Shown in pieces: positions 11,679 to 23,800 of a stretch of DNA of 64,000 nt. The notes under the pieces were generated by a model. The model searched no databases and was not told where the DNA came from. It saw only the letters and a program-made list of their open reading frames with translations. The translations under genes were made by a program, and so were the position numbers. The stretch comes from Anthoceros angustus (Eukaryota > Plantae > Anthocerotophyta), in the NCBI GenBank assembly GCA_010909165.1, contig MU008151.1, positions 806,001 through 870,000 on the forward strand. The letters run 5' to 3'. Every line of letters starts with the position of its first letter. Positions within the stretch are counted from its first letter, which is position 1.

Positions 11679-14600
11679 TCACGGTCGACCCTTACAACTG
11701 CAACAACCTGCTGCGAATCGATGCACACGGTACCCATCCCTCACAACAATGTCTCTCTGTTCAAGCCTTGACATGATCTGCGTGGAACTGTGGCAGTCAC
11801 TGCACATGCGTAGGTTCTTTGTTACCACCAGAGGTGTCCCACTCGGAGTGTTCAACAGACCAAACGCCAGGGCTAGCTTCTCAGCATGCCCACAAAGTGA
11901 ATCTTCCTTTTCCTTCTCAGACAGTGGCTTCAACACCACGTTTGTATGAGGTACGTGGCCTCCTTCCTGCTTCAGACGTGCATTCGTGCTCTCTACCTTC
12001 AGTGCAATACCCTTGCTGCTTTCTCCCACCACAAATCTATGCACCTCCTTATTCACCTCAATGGTCGCCACTGCAGGTTTCTTATTAGCCCCTGCTGCCC
12101 TTCTCTGTGTTTCAATCCTGTCTACGTCGGTCCACCTACCTGCATCTGCATAGGCATTTGCCATGAGCACATAGGCGGGCCCTTCCTGGGGGTCCAGTCT
12201 AACTATTCTTTCAAAACACCACACGGCTCTCTCTATATCCCCGTGATTTTTGCAGGCATTCAACAACGACGTGAGTCCCACAACATTACTTTGGCCCTCG
12301 CATGACAAGAGCATCTTCTCTGCTAACATCTTCTCTGCTTCATCTAAATGGCCTGCACGCCCAAGCAGATCAATCATGCAATTGTAATGCTCTGGAGTGG
12401 GCTTGATGCCATGCTGTTCAGTCATGGAATGAAAGTGCTTGCGACCCTCGTGGACTAGTCCCTCATGGCTGCATGCTACTAAAAGGCAAGTAAACGTAGC
12501 AACTTCAGGCTGAATACCGGCACCTACCATCTCCTCAAAACAAGCTAGTGCTGTATGACCATCATTACAAGCTCCATACCCAGATATTAGGGCATTCCAT
12601 GCCACCACATCCTTTGTATTCATGCTGTCAAAAACCTGGCGTGCATCTTCCAGTTCACCAAGTTTTGCATACATATCCACCAGACAGGTGCCCACCAGTA
12701 CGTTATCCAGCAGTCCTTTTTCCACAATCTGAGAGTGCAGGTGCCTGCCCTTCTGTAAGGCACCAGTGCTGGCGCAAACCTTCAGAAGGCAAGCAAAAGT
12801 AATGTGGTTAGCCAAAATCAGGCCCTCCTGCTCCATTTGTCCATACAAAACAAGTGCCTCTTGGCCGTGCCCTTGGTCGGCATACCCGGCTATCAGGGCG
12901 GTCCATGTCACTACATCCTTTGTGTTCATACTGTTGAAAACCTGGCGTGCATCTTCCAGTTCACCACATTTTGCATACATGTCCACCAGGCAGGTGCCCA
13001 ACACTACGTTATCCAGCAGTCCTCTTCCCACAATCTGTGAGTGCAGCTGCCTGCCCTTCTGTAAGGCACCAGTGCTTGCACAGGCCTTCAGAAGGCAAGC
13101 AAAAGTAACATGGTTAGCCAAAATCAGGCCCTCCTGCTCCATTTGTCCATACAAACAAGCCTCTTGGCCGTCCTTGCTGTGCATACCCAGCAATCAGGGC
13201 ATTCCATGTCACTACATCCTTTGTGTTCATACTGTTGAAAACCTGGCGTGCATCTTCCAGTTCACCACACTTTGCATACATGTCCACCAGGCAGGTGCTC
13301 AACACTACGTTATCCAGCAGTCCTCTTTCCATAATCTGTGAGTGCAGCTGCCTGCCCTTCTGTAGGGCACCACTGCTTGCACAGGCCTTCAGAAGGCAAG
13401 CGAAGGTAACATCGTTAGCAAAAATCAGTCCCTCCTGCTCCATTTGTCCATAAAGAAGAAGTGCCTCATGTCCAAGCCCTTGCTCGGCATACCCAGCTAT
13501 CAGGGCATTCCATGTCACCACATTCTTTGTGTTCATGCTGTCAAAAACCTGGCGTGCATCTTTCAGTTCACCACATTTTGCATACCCAGAAATCAGGGCA
13601 TTCCATGTCACCACATCCTTTGTGGCCATGCTGTCAAAAACCTGGCGTGCATCTTTCGGTTCACCACATTTTGCATACATGTCCACCAGGCAGGAGCCAA
13701 CAAACAAGTCAGGAGGAATGCCACTATGCACCACATCACTGTGCACTTTTCTGCCAGATTCCAAGTCGGCAGCAATTGCACAAGCTTGGAGGGCAGCTAC
13801 AAAGACGTGAGCATCCGCCTTCACTCCTGACCTTCGCATCTCATAGTACAGTTGTATGGCCTCGTTAGGCTTCCCATGTTTAGCATGTGCAGAGATTATG
13901 GAAAACCACATGAAGACATTTGGTTTGCGCACCCTGGTGAACACGTCCATGGCCTCCTCCAGACTACCGCCACATGCATACATGCGCAAGATATGATTCC
14001 CCAAGTATGCATCCGACTCGTACCCGAGTTTGACAGTGAGATCGTGAACTCGTCGGCCCACAACCAAATCCTTCTTAGCTGTACACAGTTTCAGTACAGT
14101 GTAAAACAGAGACTGAGAAATGGCAGAGTCTGTCTGCGCAAGAGATTCCAAGTCTCCCACGGCCTCAGAAAGCTTCTCCTGCCGACAGAACAAGCTCACG
14201 GTTCCTTCCGTTACGACGCCCATTCCCGATCCTTCACGCCAGCCAGGTTCAGGCTTATCCGGAAAGCTGGACTCGGAAGGAGAGGCACAATGACCCATCC
14301 GCATATCCAAGGAAACGAGCTGCTCATCAACCCAAGCTGGCCTAAACTTGCTGTCTACCCACAGCACCTCGCCGGACCCCTTACGCCGGAAGTCAGGCAA
14401 ATGGGAGCTCTTCTTATCTCGTCTGTTGTCCAACCACATGGTAGGGTCCAGGAAGAATTGTTGCCACAATTGCTCTTGCTCGTGGCGACGACCATCGCTC
14501 GAAACCCCGTCTCCACCCACACATTTTCTCGTAAGTGGAAGTGCTGGGCTTCTTACACTGCTGCATCTGGAGGCTTCATCTGCCAGGGGATGACTCCCTA

Positions 14601-14691
14601 AGATAAGGCGAGCGGGAGGTCCTCGTACAGTCCCTGTGCACACCCGAATTTGTTGGGTCCACAACAGCTCCGGTTGCGGTACCGTGACCAT
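11679..14691 (-). CDS. PDF-PLS-E-DYW:KP PPR editing factor (GRP type) with one frameshift near 13150-13175; gene B
   Basis: ORFs 13114..14691 and 11679..13193 join into one protein with 1 SS motif and 3 PLS triplets, ending SCKGRP. Repeat spacing is 306 bp then 301 bp, i.e. 5 nt missing as three small deletions; real lesion or assembly error. Confidence 0.88.
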
Positions 14692-15971
14692 CGTTCAGGG
14701 ACCTCTGTCAGAAGATGTGTCTAACAACAGACTTATGGCAGCATGCCCAGGTACTGTGTAAGACCACACCATACGGGCTGGCTCCAATGAGCCCGAACCC
14801 AGAGAGCTTAAATGCAAACAACACTGGAAGCCTGAACCTGGGGAGGAGCTGTGTCCTCATAAGTGGCTACAACGCCTACCGTCCTTAAAACATCTCTTGC
14901 GGGCAGCCTCACCCGCCGGTTTCCATTAGGGTCTTCCCTGATCTTCAGTGCTTTACCAGTCAGGCCATGGGATGCAAGCCCACTAGATGTCAGACGATCC
15001 CTTGCGTATAGGTCAGCCGGCCGTTAGGAAACATGGCACCGTTTAGGCTTCACAGAAGCTCCCCAAGTCTCCACTCATACCAAATTGGTTGCCCTTTTCG
15101 TGGGTACGTTCCCTGGAGAGTTAGCTCACTTCATCAGCAGGACAGCTGGATTGAGACTCTGGGTTCGGCTTTCTGCGTCTGCCTTGCCTCTGTATATTAT
15201 CCAGAATCCTTGCTGCAGAAATATCATGACATCGAAGCCCTCTTCATATTCCTCGGCAGTTTGAGGATCATGGCGGTTTTCTGAAGGAGGGAAATCAGAG
15301 GACCCCAACTTCCAAGCCTTTGTACCTTGTCCAACCCCTTCCCTCCCCTCCTTTCCAGTAACCTGTGCCACTCTCAGCTCAGCAAATCTGGCCCCCCTTC
15401 GCCTCCGACCTCCTCTCCCCTCTTTCCTCTCCTTTCGGAACAGGAATCAGGACACCCAGCGCGTGCTTGGCGACAATGGACTTGGGCAGCCATTGGCTGT
15501 CCCCCACTGGGCCCAAGAATCAAGACCCTATGGATGCGATCCCATCACTTTCTCCTCCACTTACGCCGGGTTTGGACACTTTGCTGGGCACGTTGTTTAA
15601 GAAGCAGATCGTGCTTGCTTCTATACATGAGGCTTTGCAACGAAAGGCAGTAGGACCAGGCTAAGTCTGCTCTCACCAGGGCTTGGCCTTGCAGCATTGC
15701 AATTTCTGGGAGCACGTGTCGCCTCTTACACACTTTCCACCGTGGAGATACATCTCCAGGGCGTGCAGAAATACTTTTGTCGGGATCCCTCTCGCCATGA
15801 TTCGCCCGTGTCAGAAGGCGGAAGGTACGTAGATCACCCAGGACCAGTTCCAATCGTGGATCGTGGGCTGGCGTGAAGCCCAGCCCATTGCTCCACAACA
15901 TCTCTGCCCAGACAGACATTGCTCACACACAAAACCTAGACCAAGCCGCTGACTCACTTTCCCTTCCCACA

Positions 15972-16694
15972 ATGCAGGTGCTTACCTCCACTTCTGCGTT
16001 CTCAGCTCAGCGCAAGGCTTTGATCCAGGATACAGACCTCCTATTCGGCTGTCCTCGACTCCGGGCAGTGAAGGGGACGGTTGGAGCAAGGGCATTCAAG
16101 AACTTGGTGTTCGACATTGGGGGAGTGTTGCTCACCTGGAGTACAGCAGACGTGTCTCCCCTGGATCCCCATACATTTGGGAAGATCAGGCGGTCAGACT
16201 TAGTCCATGCGTACGAGATGGGACAAATTTCCAGGGACCAACTTTGCTACATGGTCGGAGACAGATTTGGAGTGCCCCCCGGTGACATGAAGTTGGTTAT
16301 CGAGAGAACGGCAGAGAGTTTATGCCTCGTACCCGAGATGGTGGGCTTTGTCCAAGATGTGAAGCGTGGCGACCCAGATCTTCACCTTTTTTGCATGTCC
16401 AACATCTCGAGGGAAGAGTGGCATTATGTGCTCAAAAGGTATCCGGATTGCTGGTCCTCCTTTGAGCACACATTTCCTTCGTGGGCAGCTGGAATGCGCA
16501 AGCCCCAGGTGGAGTTCTTCGAGCATGTCATTTTGGAGGCCAAGATTAAGCCCGAGGACACCATCTTCATCGACGATACAGCAGAGAACGTGGAGGTGGC
16601 TCAGGAGCTGGGATTTGAGTGTGTACTACACCGGAATGCCAATGACACATTCCAGCAGCTTGCTGCTCTGCTTCCAAATATGCTTGTGAAGTGA
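15972..16694 (+). CDS. Intronless HAD-superfamily phosphatase (YihX-like; resembles the HAD domain of fungal drimane-pathway enzymes)
   Basis: Motif I VFDIGGVLL, motif II CMSNIS, motif III GMRKP, motif IV TIFIDDTAENV. The ORF is open from 15873; first ATG at 15972. Confidence 0.85.
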   Translation: MQVLTSTSAFSAQRKALIQDTDLLFGCPRLRAVKGTVGARAFKNLVFDIGGVLLTWSTADVSPLDPHTFGKIRRSDLVHAYEMGQISRDQLCYMVGDRFGVPPGDMKLVIERTAESLCLVPEMVGFVQDVKRGDPDLHLFCMSNISREEWHYVLKRYPDCWSSFEHTFPSWAAGMRKPQVEFFEHVILEAKIKPEDTIFIDDTAENVEVAQELGFECVLHRNANDTFQQLAALLPNMLVK

Positions 16695-17368
16695 ACCGAG
16701 AGCGGTGAGGATGTCCGAACTCCTCGGCCGGGAGCTTCAGCTACTTGTACTTATACATTGCACATTTTAAATACAAAGTTCTAGAGAAAGCAAACGGGGC
16801 TTGATATCAACATCAACCCACGCTGTACCATTTCTACAAACACCATGGGTTATGTCTACGTTTTCATTCAGGGAACCTCCACTTCTGCCTGTAAGGGAAG
16901 CAGAAGGATATTGTTGCCAATCTGTGTGCTCCCAAAAGCTTGTGCTACTGAATCTTCTTTCACGACAAGTTCACTGGTTTGCTTTTGTTCTTCCATTGGG
17001 ATTTCTTCATACCCACCGAGCCATACCCCCTTCTGTTGCTCGGCTGAATGCCATTGCGGCAGACGGCACTTACAGGCTCGAAAACCAAACCCCCTTGGGC
17101 TGCTGAGCAGGCTGCCAATGCCATACCCGACGCTATTGCCAAGCTAGCTCAAGCTTCAACTCGGGCCCGGGCCCCCAGGTCCAGCACAACCTGAATTAGA
17201 GGTTTGAGGCACCAAATGATATCAACCTCCTCGTCCAGCCGACCCTGCTTGCTCCCCTTAAGTGTCCTCGCTGCCATTCGCAGTACATTTGCTGATCCAC
17301 ACCTACAGGACCACTGTGGTAGGTGTACAGCCGGCCCACATTTGACCACTGGCTTGTTCTTCATTTTC

Positions 17369-19804
17369 TCAGAATCGACCTTTACAACTGCAACAACCAG
17401 CTGCGAATCGATGCACACGGTACGCATCCCGTACCACAATGTCTCTCTGTTCAAGCCTTGACATGATCTGCGTGGAACTATGGCAGTCACTGCACATGCG
17501 TAGATTCTTCGTTACCACCAGAGGTGTCCCACTCGGAGTGTTCAACAGACCGAACGCCAGAGCTAGCTTCTCAGCATGCCCACAAAGCGAATCCTCCTTT
17601 TCCTTCTCAGACAGTGGCTTCAACACCAACTTTGTGTGAGGTACGTGGCCTCCTTCTTGCTTCAGACGGGCATTCGTGCTCTCTACCTTGAGTGCAATAT
17701 CCTCTCTCTTTTCTCCTACCACAAATCTATGTACTTCCTTATTCACCTCAATGGTCGCCACTGCGGGTTTCTTGCTAGCTCCTGCTACCTTTCTCTGTGT
17801 TTCAATCCTGTCTACATCGGTCCACCTACCTGCATCTGCATAGGCATTGGCCATGAGCATATAGGCGGGCCCTTCCAGGGGGTCCAGCCTAACAATGCTT
17901 TCAAAACACCACATCGCTCTCTCTATATCTCCGTGACTTTTGCAGGCGTTCAACAAAGACGTCAATCCCACAACATTATTTTGGCCCTCGCCTGATAATC
18001 CCACAACATTACTTTGGCCCTCGCATGATAATCGCATCTTCTCTGCTAGCATCTTCTCTGCCTCATCTAAATGGCCTGCACGCCCAAGAAGATCAATCAT
18101 GCAATTGTAATGCTCAACAGTAGGTTTGATGCCATGCTGTTCAGCCATGCAATCAAAGAGCTTGCGACCGTCGTCGACCAGTCCCCCATGACTGCATGCT
18201 ACCAAAAGGCAAATAAACGTAGCATCATTGGGCTGAATACCGGCAACCAACATGTCCTCAAAACAAGCAAGTGCCTTGTCACCTTCGTCACAAGTACCAT
18301 ACCCAGATATCAGGGCCGTCCATGTCACCACATCCTTTGTGTTCATGCTGTCAAAAACCTGGCGTGCGCCTTCCAGTTCACCACATTTTGCATACATGTC
18401 CACCAGGCAGTTGCCCACCTGCAGGTTACCCAGCAGTCCTCTTTCCACAATCTGTGAGTGCAGCTGCCTGCCCTGTTGTAAGGCCCCAGAGCTTGCACAG
18501 GCCTTCAGAAGGCAAGCAAAAGTCACATGGTTAGCGACAATGACGCCTTCTTGCTCCATTTGTTCATATACAGCAAGCGCCTCTTGGCCAAGTCCTTGCT
18601 GTGCATACCCAGCAATCAGGCCATTCCATGTCACCACATCCTTTGTGGGCATGCTGTCAAAAACTTGACGTGCATGTTTCAGTTCACCACATTTTGCATA
18701 CCCAGTTAACAGGGCATTCCATGTCACCACATCCTTTTCGACCATGCTGTCAAAAACCTGGCGTGCTTTCAGTTCGCCACATTTTGCATACATGTCCACC
18801 AGGCAGTTGCCAACAAACAAGTTAGTAGGAATGCCACTTTGCACCACATCACAGTGCACTTTTCTGCCAGATTCCAAGTCGGAGGCCAATGCACAAGCCT
18901 GAAGGGCAGCTACAAAGACGTGAGCATCCGCCTTCACTCCTGACCTACGCATCTCATGGTACAGTTGTATGGCCTCATTAGGCTTCCCATGCTTAGCGTA
19001 CGCGGAGATTATGGAAGACCACATGAAGACATCTGGTTTGCCCACCCTGGTGAACACATCCATGGCCTCCTCTAGCCTACCTCCACATGCATACATGCGC
19101 AAGATATGGTTCCCCAAGTATGCATTCGACTCGTACCCAAGTTTGACAGTGAGATCATGAACTCGTCGCCCCACAACCAAATCCTTCTTAGCTGTACACA
19201 GTTTCAGCACAGTGTAAAACAGAGACTGAGAAATAGCAGAGTCTGTCTGCGCCAGAGATTCCAGGGCTCCAACGGCCTCAGAAAGCTTCCCCTGCTGACA
19301 TAACATGCTCACGGTTCCAGCCGTTATGACGCCCATTTCCGATCCTGCACGCCTGCCAGGTTCAGGCTTATCCCAAGAGCTCGACTTGGAAGGAGAGGCA
19401 CCATGACCCATCTGCATATCCAAGGAAACGAGCTGCTCATCAACCCAAGCTGGCTTAAACATGTTGTTTAACCACAGGACCTCGCCGGACCCCTTCCGCC
19501 AGAAGTCAGGCGAACGGGAGCTCTTCTTCTCTCGTCTGCTGTCCCACCACATGGTAGGCTCCAGAAAGAATTGATGCCACAAGCGCTCCTGCTCCTGGCG
19601 TCGACCATCGCTCAAGGACCCGTCCCCACCCACGCATTTCATCGGAAGTGGAAGTGCCGGAGTCCTAACACTGCTGCATCTGGAGGCTTTGTTTGCCAGA
19701 GGTTGACTTCCTGAGATGAGGTGAGCGGGAGCTCCTACTAGAATCCCTGTACACACACCATTTTGTTGGGTCCACATCGGGTCCGGTTGCCATGTTGTGG
19801 CCAT
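17369..19804 (-). CDS. PDF-PLS-E-DYW:KP PPR editing factor ending GRF, 811 aa; gene C
   Basis: Single ORF with PDF motif, 1 SS motif, 1 PLS triplet, KKPAVATIEV, CGHAEKLA, ending SCKGRF; two in-frame duplications at the S2/E1 boundary. Confidence 0.93.
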   Translation of the reverse strand: MATTWQPDPMWTQQNGVCTGILVGAPAHLISGSQPLANKASRCSSVRTPALPLPMKCVGGDGSLSDGRRQEQERLWHQFFLEPTMWWDSRREKKSSRSPDFWRKGSGEVLWLNNMFKPAWVDEQLVSLDMQMGHGASPSKSSSWDKPEPGRRAGSEMGVITAGTVSMLCQQGKLSEAVGALESLAQTDSAISQSLFYTVLKLCTAKKDLVVGRRVHDLTVKLGYESNAYLGNHILRMYACGGRLEEAMDVFTRVGKPDVFMWSSIISAYAKHGKPNEAIQLYHEMRRSGVKADAHVFVAALQACALASDLESGRKVHCDVVQSGIPTNLFVGNCLVDMYAKCGELKARQVFDSMVEKDVVTWNALLTGYAKCGELKHARQVFDSMPTKDVVTWNGLIAGYAQQGLGQEALAVYEQMEQEGVIVANHVTFACLLKACASSGALQQGRQLHSQIVERGLLGNLQVGNCLVDMYAKCGELEGARQVFDSMNTKDVVTWTALISGYGTCDEGDKALACFEDMLVAGIQPNDATFICLLVACSHGGLVDDGRKLFDCMAEQHGIKPTVEHYNCMIDLLGRAGHLDEAEKMLAEKMRLSCEGQSNVVGLSGEGQNNVVGLTSLLNACKSHGDIERAMWCFESIVRLDPLEGPAYMLMANAYADAGRWTDVDRIETQRKVAGASKKPAVATIEVNKEVHRFVVGEKREDIALKVESTNARLKQEGGHVPHTKLVLKPLSEKEKEDSLCGHAEKLALAFGLLNTPSGTPLVVTKNLRMCSDCHSSTQIMSRLEQRDIVVRDAYRVHRFAAGCCSCKGRF

Positions 19805-20174
19805 CCTTCAGGGACCCCCGTGGGAAGATGAGGCTAACAACGGATAGTGGCAGAGCGCCCAAGTGCTGTGCATGACCACTCCACTCTCAAGGATTCAGCA
19901 GACGGCACTATGGTGGGTTCCGACACAAGGAGGCGCTTTGGTTTCCAAATTCTGGAAAGGAAAAGGAACCACATAAGCTTAGGTGACGCTCTCTTATTAG
20001 GATCCTCAAATGAGTTCATTTCTGAAGGCCATTAATTCAATCGGTCTTAATCTCCTTCATTTCTGATGATGCTCTTTTGTGATGGAGATGGAGTTTGGAC
20101 GGAGATGGAGCTGGGCACGGTTCAGAGCCGTATCCTGAGGCGTACACACTTGAGCACTGGCTACTTCATTGATC

Positions 20175-21284
20175 TCAAGGTCGACCCTTTCAGCCATGGA
20201 ATCAAAGTGCTTGCGACCCTCGTGGACTAGTCCCTCATGTGCATGCTACTAGAAGGGAAGTAAAAGTCGCATCATCAGGCTGAATACCAGCAAATAACAT
20301 CTCCTCAAAACAAGCTAGTGCCTTGTGACCGTCACAACTACCATGCCCAGATATCAGGGCGGTCCATGTTACCACATTCTTTGTGTTCATGCTGTCAAAA
20401 ACTTGACGTGCATCTTCCAGTTCACCACATTTTGCATACATGTCCACCAGGCAGGTGCGCAACACTACATTATCCAGCAGTCCTTTTTCGACAATCTGCA
20501 AGTGCAGCTGTCTGCCCTTCTGTAAGGCACCAGTGCCTGCTCCATGCTTACTCAAAATAAGCCCCCACCGTGCACCTTTCTTCCAGACTCCAAGTCGGCA
20601 GCAAATGCACAGGCTTGAAGAGCAGCTACAAAGACGTGAGCATCCGCCTTCACTCCTGACCTACGCATCTCATGGTAGAGTTCTATGGCCTCCTTGGGTT
20701 TCCTATGCTTAGCATATGCAGAGATCATGGAAAACTACATGAAGACATCTGGTTTGCCTTTCCTGGTGAGCACATCCATGGCCTCCTGAAGACTACCTCC
20801 ACCTGCATACATGCGCAAGATATGGTTCCCCAAGTATGCATCCGTCATGTGGATTATCCACAGAGCTCGAATTGCAAGGAGAGGCATCGTGACCTATCTG
20901 CATATCCAAGGAAACGAGCTGCTCGTCAACCCAAGCTGGCTTGAACTTGTTTAACCACAGGACCTCACGGGACACCTTCCGCCGGAAGTCAGGCGAACGG
21001 GAGCTCTTCTTATCTCGTCTGTTGTCCACCACATGGTGGGATCCAGAAAAATTGTTGCCACAAATCCTCCTGCTCCTGGCAACGACCATCGCTGGAAAAC
21101 CCGTCCCCACGCACACAATTCCTCGAAAGTGGAAGTACTGGGCTACTTACATTGCTGCACCTGCAGGCACACTTGCCAGGTGTTCAGTCCCCAAATTGAG
21201 ATGAGCAGGAGCTCGTAGTAGAATCCCTGGACACACACCAATTTGTTGGCTGGACAGCGGGTCCGGCTGCCATACTGTGGCCAT
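20175..21284 (-). pseudogene. Internally deleted PDF-PPR-DYW:KP pseudogene; gene D
   Basis: Start ATGGCCACAGTATGGCAGCCG at 21284 like its paralogs. PDF remnant with frameshifts, and several large deletions; at ~20190 the L2 motif (HFDSMAE) is fused directly to the final KGRP* codons. Confidence 0.85.
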
Positions 21285-22129
21285 CGTTCAGGGACCGCTG
21301 TCGGAAAGACGAGTCTATCAACGGATCATCGATGGCAGGATATTACTAATGTGAAAATCCATGTTACATGAAAGGTGCTTGGCGATCTACTGTATTCCTT
21401 GTTGTATGACCCGTAATGGGCCGTGTTGTGAAGGCCTCTTGGGGTCTGGTATATCTCCGGTGTTGTCACACCCTTTTAGGCTCTCTAAAATAAGCAAGTA
21501 TAAAATATTCAATATTCGACTAAAAATTTGACTTCTTGATATTTTAGCTTTCAAGAAGATAAGGGTACAGAGCTGGTGACGCTTGTATATATTTAGAACA
21601 GCAATGTTATGAGAAATACTATATAATGTAAGTAAGTTAAATGGAACTACCGATGTTGATGCCGAGGGAGTGCCAGCCTCGAAGGAGAAGCTGTGGGTGG
21701 CACTGTGGATACTAAGTCTTTGCAGCATTGGCGTGGCCGAGGGAGGGTGGATTCCATGAAGGGGCTTGGTTACTCTAGCGGGTGGCGTGTGCATTAGAGG
21801 GGGTTTGATTCGGCGTAGATGACGCACTTGAACCTGCCGCAACATTGCAGCACTAACCAAGTCAAAGACAAGTAACACTACAAATAAACTACGTGTGTAA
21901 ACGAGTGGCACAAGAAGCAAAAAATATCTGGTATGGACAAGCAACACTAGAAATTAGACCTAACATAAAGAGGATTTTATTGAGGGGGAAAAATTGATGG
22001 GAAAGTCCCGCCTACAGAGGACAACCAAGGGAGACCCTGAGGGTCGAGGTAAAAAAGGGCAACTAAGCTTTGTACCGGAAGTCACCTACTTCGCCTATAA
22101 TATCGCATGCGGGAAGAGTAAACGGCCTA

Positions 22130-22530
22130 CAATCTTCGGAGGATGATGAAGGGGATGCATCAAATGCTGTCGCCGCTTTATGGATGATCGCCGTGGAGAG
22201 GGCACGTTGAAGAACAATTGAGACTTGTTGTCTGAAGAATGTCGTGAAGTAGGAAAGGGACAGCCCCGCACCATGCTTGCACGCATGATAAGCCTTAGCG
22301 CAAGACTTGAGAAATGTATCGAAGTTCTTAGCCAATGCTCCATACGTTTCAAGGGCGAGCGGAATGAATTGGTGGCTTGCTTGCATCTCGCTATATTTCT
22401 TAACTTTGAGAGCTGCTGCCGGGTGGTGGCTTGCTTGCGTCTCGCTATATTTCTTAACTTTGAGAGTTGTTGTCGGGTGGTGGCTTGCTTGCGTCTCGCT
22501 ATATTTCTTAACTTTGAGAGCTGCCCAACT
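22130..22530 (-). mobile_element. 3' fragment of an RLE-type (CRE/R2-like) non-LTR retrotransposon
   Basis: AALKVKKY...FIPLALETYGAL...FFRQQVSIVLQRALSTAI resembles the C-terminal part of the restriction-like endonuclease region. No RT domain is present. Confidence 0.6.
22371..22524. repeat. 54-bp tandem repeat, ~2.9 copies
   Basis: GGTGGCTTGCTTGCGTCTCGCTATATTTCTTAACTTTGAGAG units start at 22371, 22425 and 22479. Confidence 0.95.
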
Positions 22531-23149
22531 TGGACGGTTAATGGTCCCACCATGGTCGCCGGGACGTCGAAGGCTCGCCAACCCCTGAAGCCGCGCCCCA
22601 CGGAACTCGGCAAGACTGACGCGCCCCGATGACCTCAGAGCCTGGGACAGACCTGTGCCCCCCACCCGCCTAGGGCCAAGGCCGTGGGGCCGCGCCCACC
22701 AAGTCTGAGGCCTCAGGCGGGCAAGGCAAGGCGGGCCCTTAAAGTCGTGCTGGCAGCCACCAACGCCGAGGGTGAGCATCTCACGCCCCTCAGTTGTGGC
22801 TGCCCAAACAGGCTCCTGCACACCTCGCGGTTAGCCTCACCAACCACCCCGCCACCTCCGCCCCTCCACACGTGCACTCCACCATTGCGCTCCGCCACTA
22901 TGCTCTTGAACGTGCTCTGCCACTGAGTCACCTAACAAAAAGTACCTAGTGCATACCAATGGCACAAAAAGTACATGGTATAAACCCCTACAAGAAGAAG
23001 AAATCTATTAAGGTTCACTGGGATGGAATTTTAAGCTACTTGCACCAAAGGCATCCACTGCCTCTAGGCACTCCATCTAAGTATTGATTTAAATGTAGGA
23101 TGCTCCACAATGGTGTTCTTTGTAAATGCCTAAAGTATACGCAGGGTAC

Positions 23150-23620
23150 TTCACAACGATATTCTTTGTGAATGCCTAAAGTAAACGCAAGATGCTTGAG
23201 AGTGGTGTTCTTATAAATGTGTGTCCATTGATCTAAATATAAATGTGTGTCCCTTGATCTAAACGCATGATGCTTGACAGTGGTATTCTTATAAATGTGA
23301 GTTCATTCAACAACCATTTCGATCACAAAGGACCAATAATGTTCTTATAAATGTAAGTCCATTTAATAACCATTTCGACAAGAAAGGACCACCCCTTAGC
23401 AACAATGAACAGCCACCATTTAGACCAATAAGTACCACCCCTTAGCGGCAATGAACAGCCATTTAGACCACAAAGCACCACCCCTAGTACCGGTGGCATT
23501 AGGAGTCATTGGGACCACAAAGCATCACCCCTAGAACCGGTGACATTAGGTAGAAACAAACTGAGCCCACAAGCCTTCTAAAGAGAAATGAGTGAGCCCA
23601 CAAGCCTTCTAAAGAGAAAT
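23150..23620. repeat. Degenerate short tandem repeats downstream of the tRNA
   Basis: Repeated (G)TTCTTATAAATGT motifs, repeated ACCACCCC(T)TAG units, and a 31-bp duplication TGAGCCCACAAGCCTTCTAAAGAGAAATGAG. Confidence 0.6.
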
Positions 23621-23654
23621 GAGAAAAAGTAATCTCACAATGGTTATTTGACAG

Positions 23655-23738
23655 TGTCAGAAGTGGGATTTGAACCCACGCCCCCTTCCGAAGACCAGAA
23701 CTTGAGTCTGGCGCCTTGGACCACTCTGCCATCCTGAC
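23655..23738 (-). tRNA. trnL-CAA: tRNA-Leu(CAA)
   Basis: Reverse complement GTCAGGATGGCAGAGTGGTCCAAGGCGCCAGACT-CAA-GTTCTGGTCTTCGGAAGGGGGCGTGGGTTCAAATCCCACTTCTGACA: paired acceptor stem, A and B boxes, long variable arm, T-run downstream. Confidence 0.97.
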
Positions 23739-23800
23739 CGGATGTCCACCACTTAAATATACACGTATTATAAACTGTTTATATAATCTCTATCTCCAAC

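Noticed and set aside
21387-21947. 186-aa minus-strand ORF
   Set aside because: Non-ATG start, crosses AT-rich low-complexity DNA, no recognisable motif.
22371-22524. 54-bp repeats as a CRISPR array
   Set aside because: Head-to-tail with no unique spacers, in a coding frame, eukaryotic context, no cas genes.
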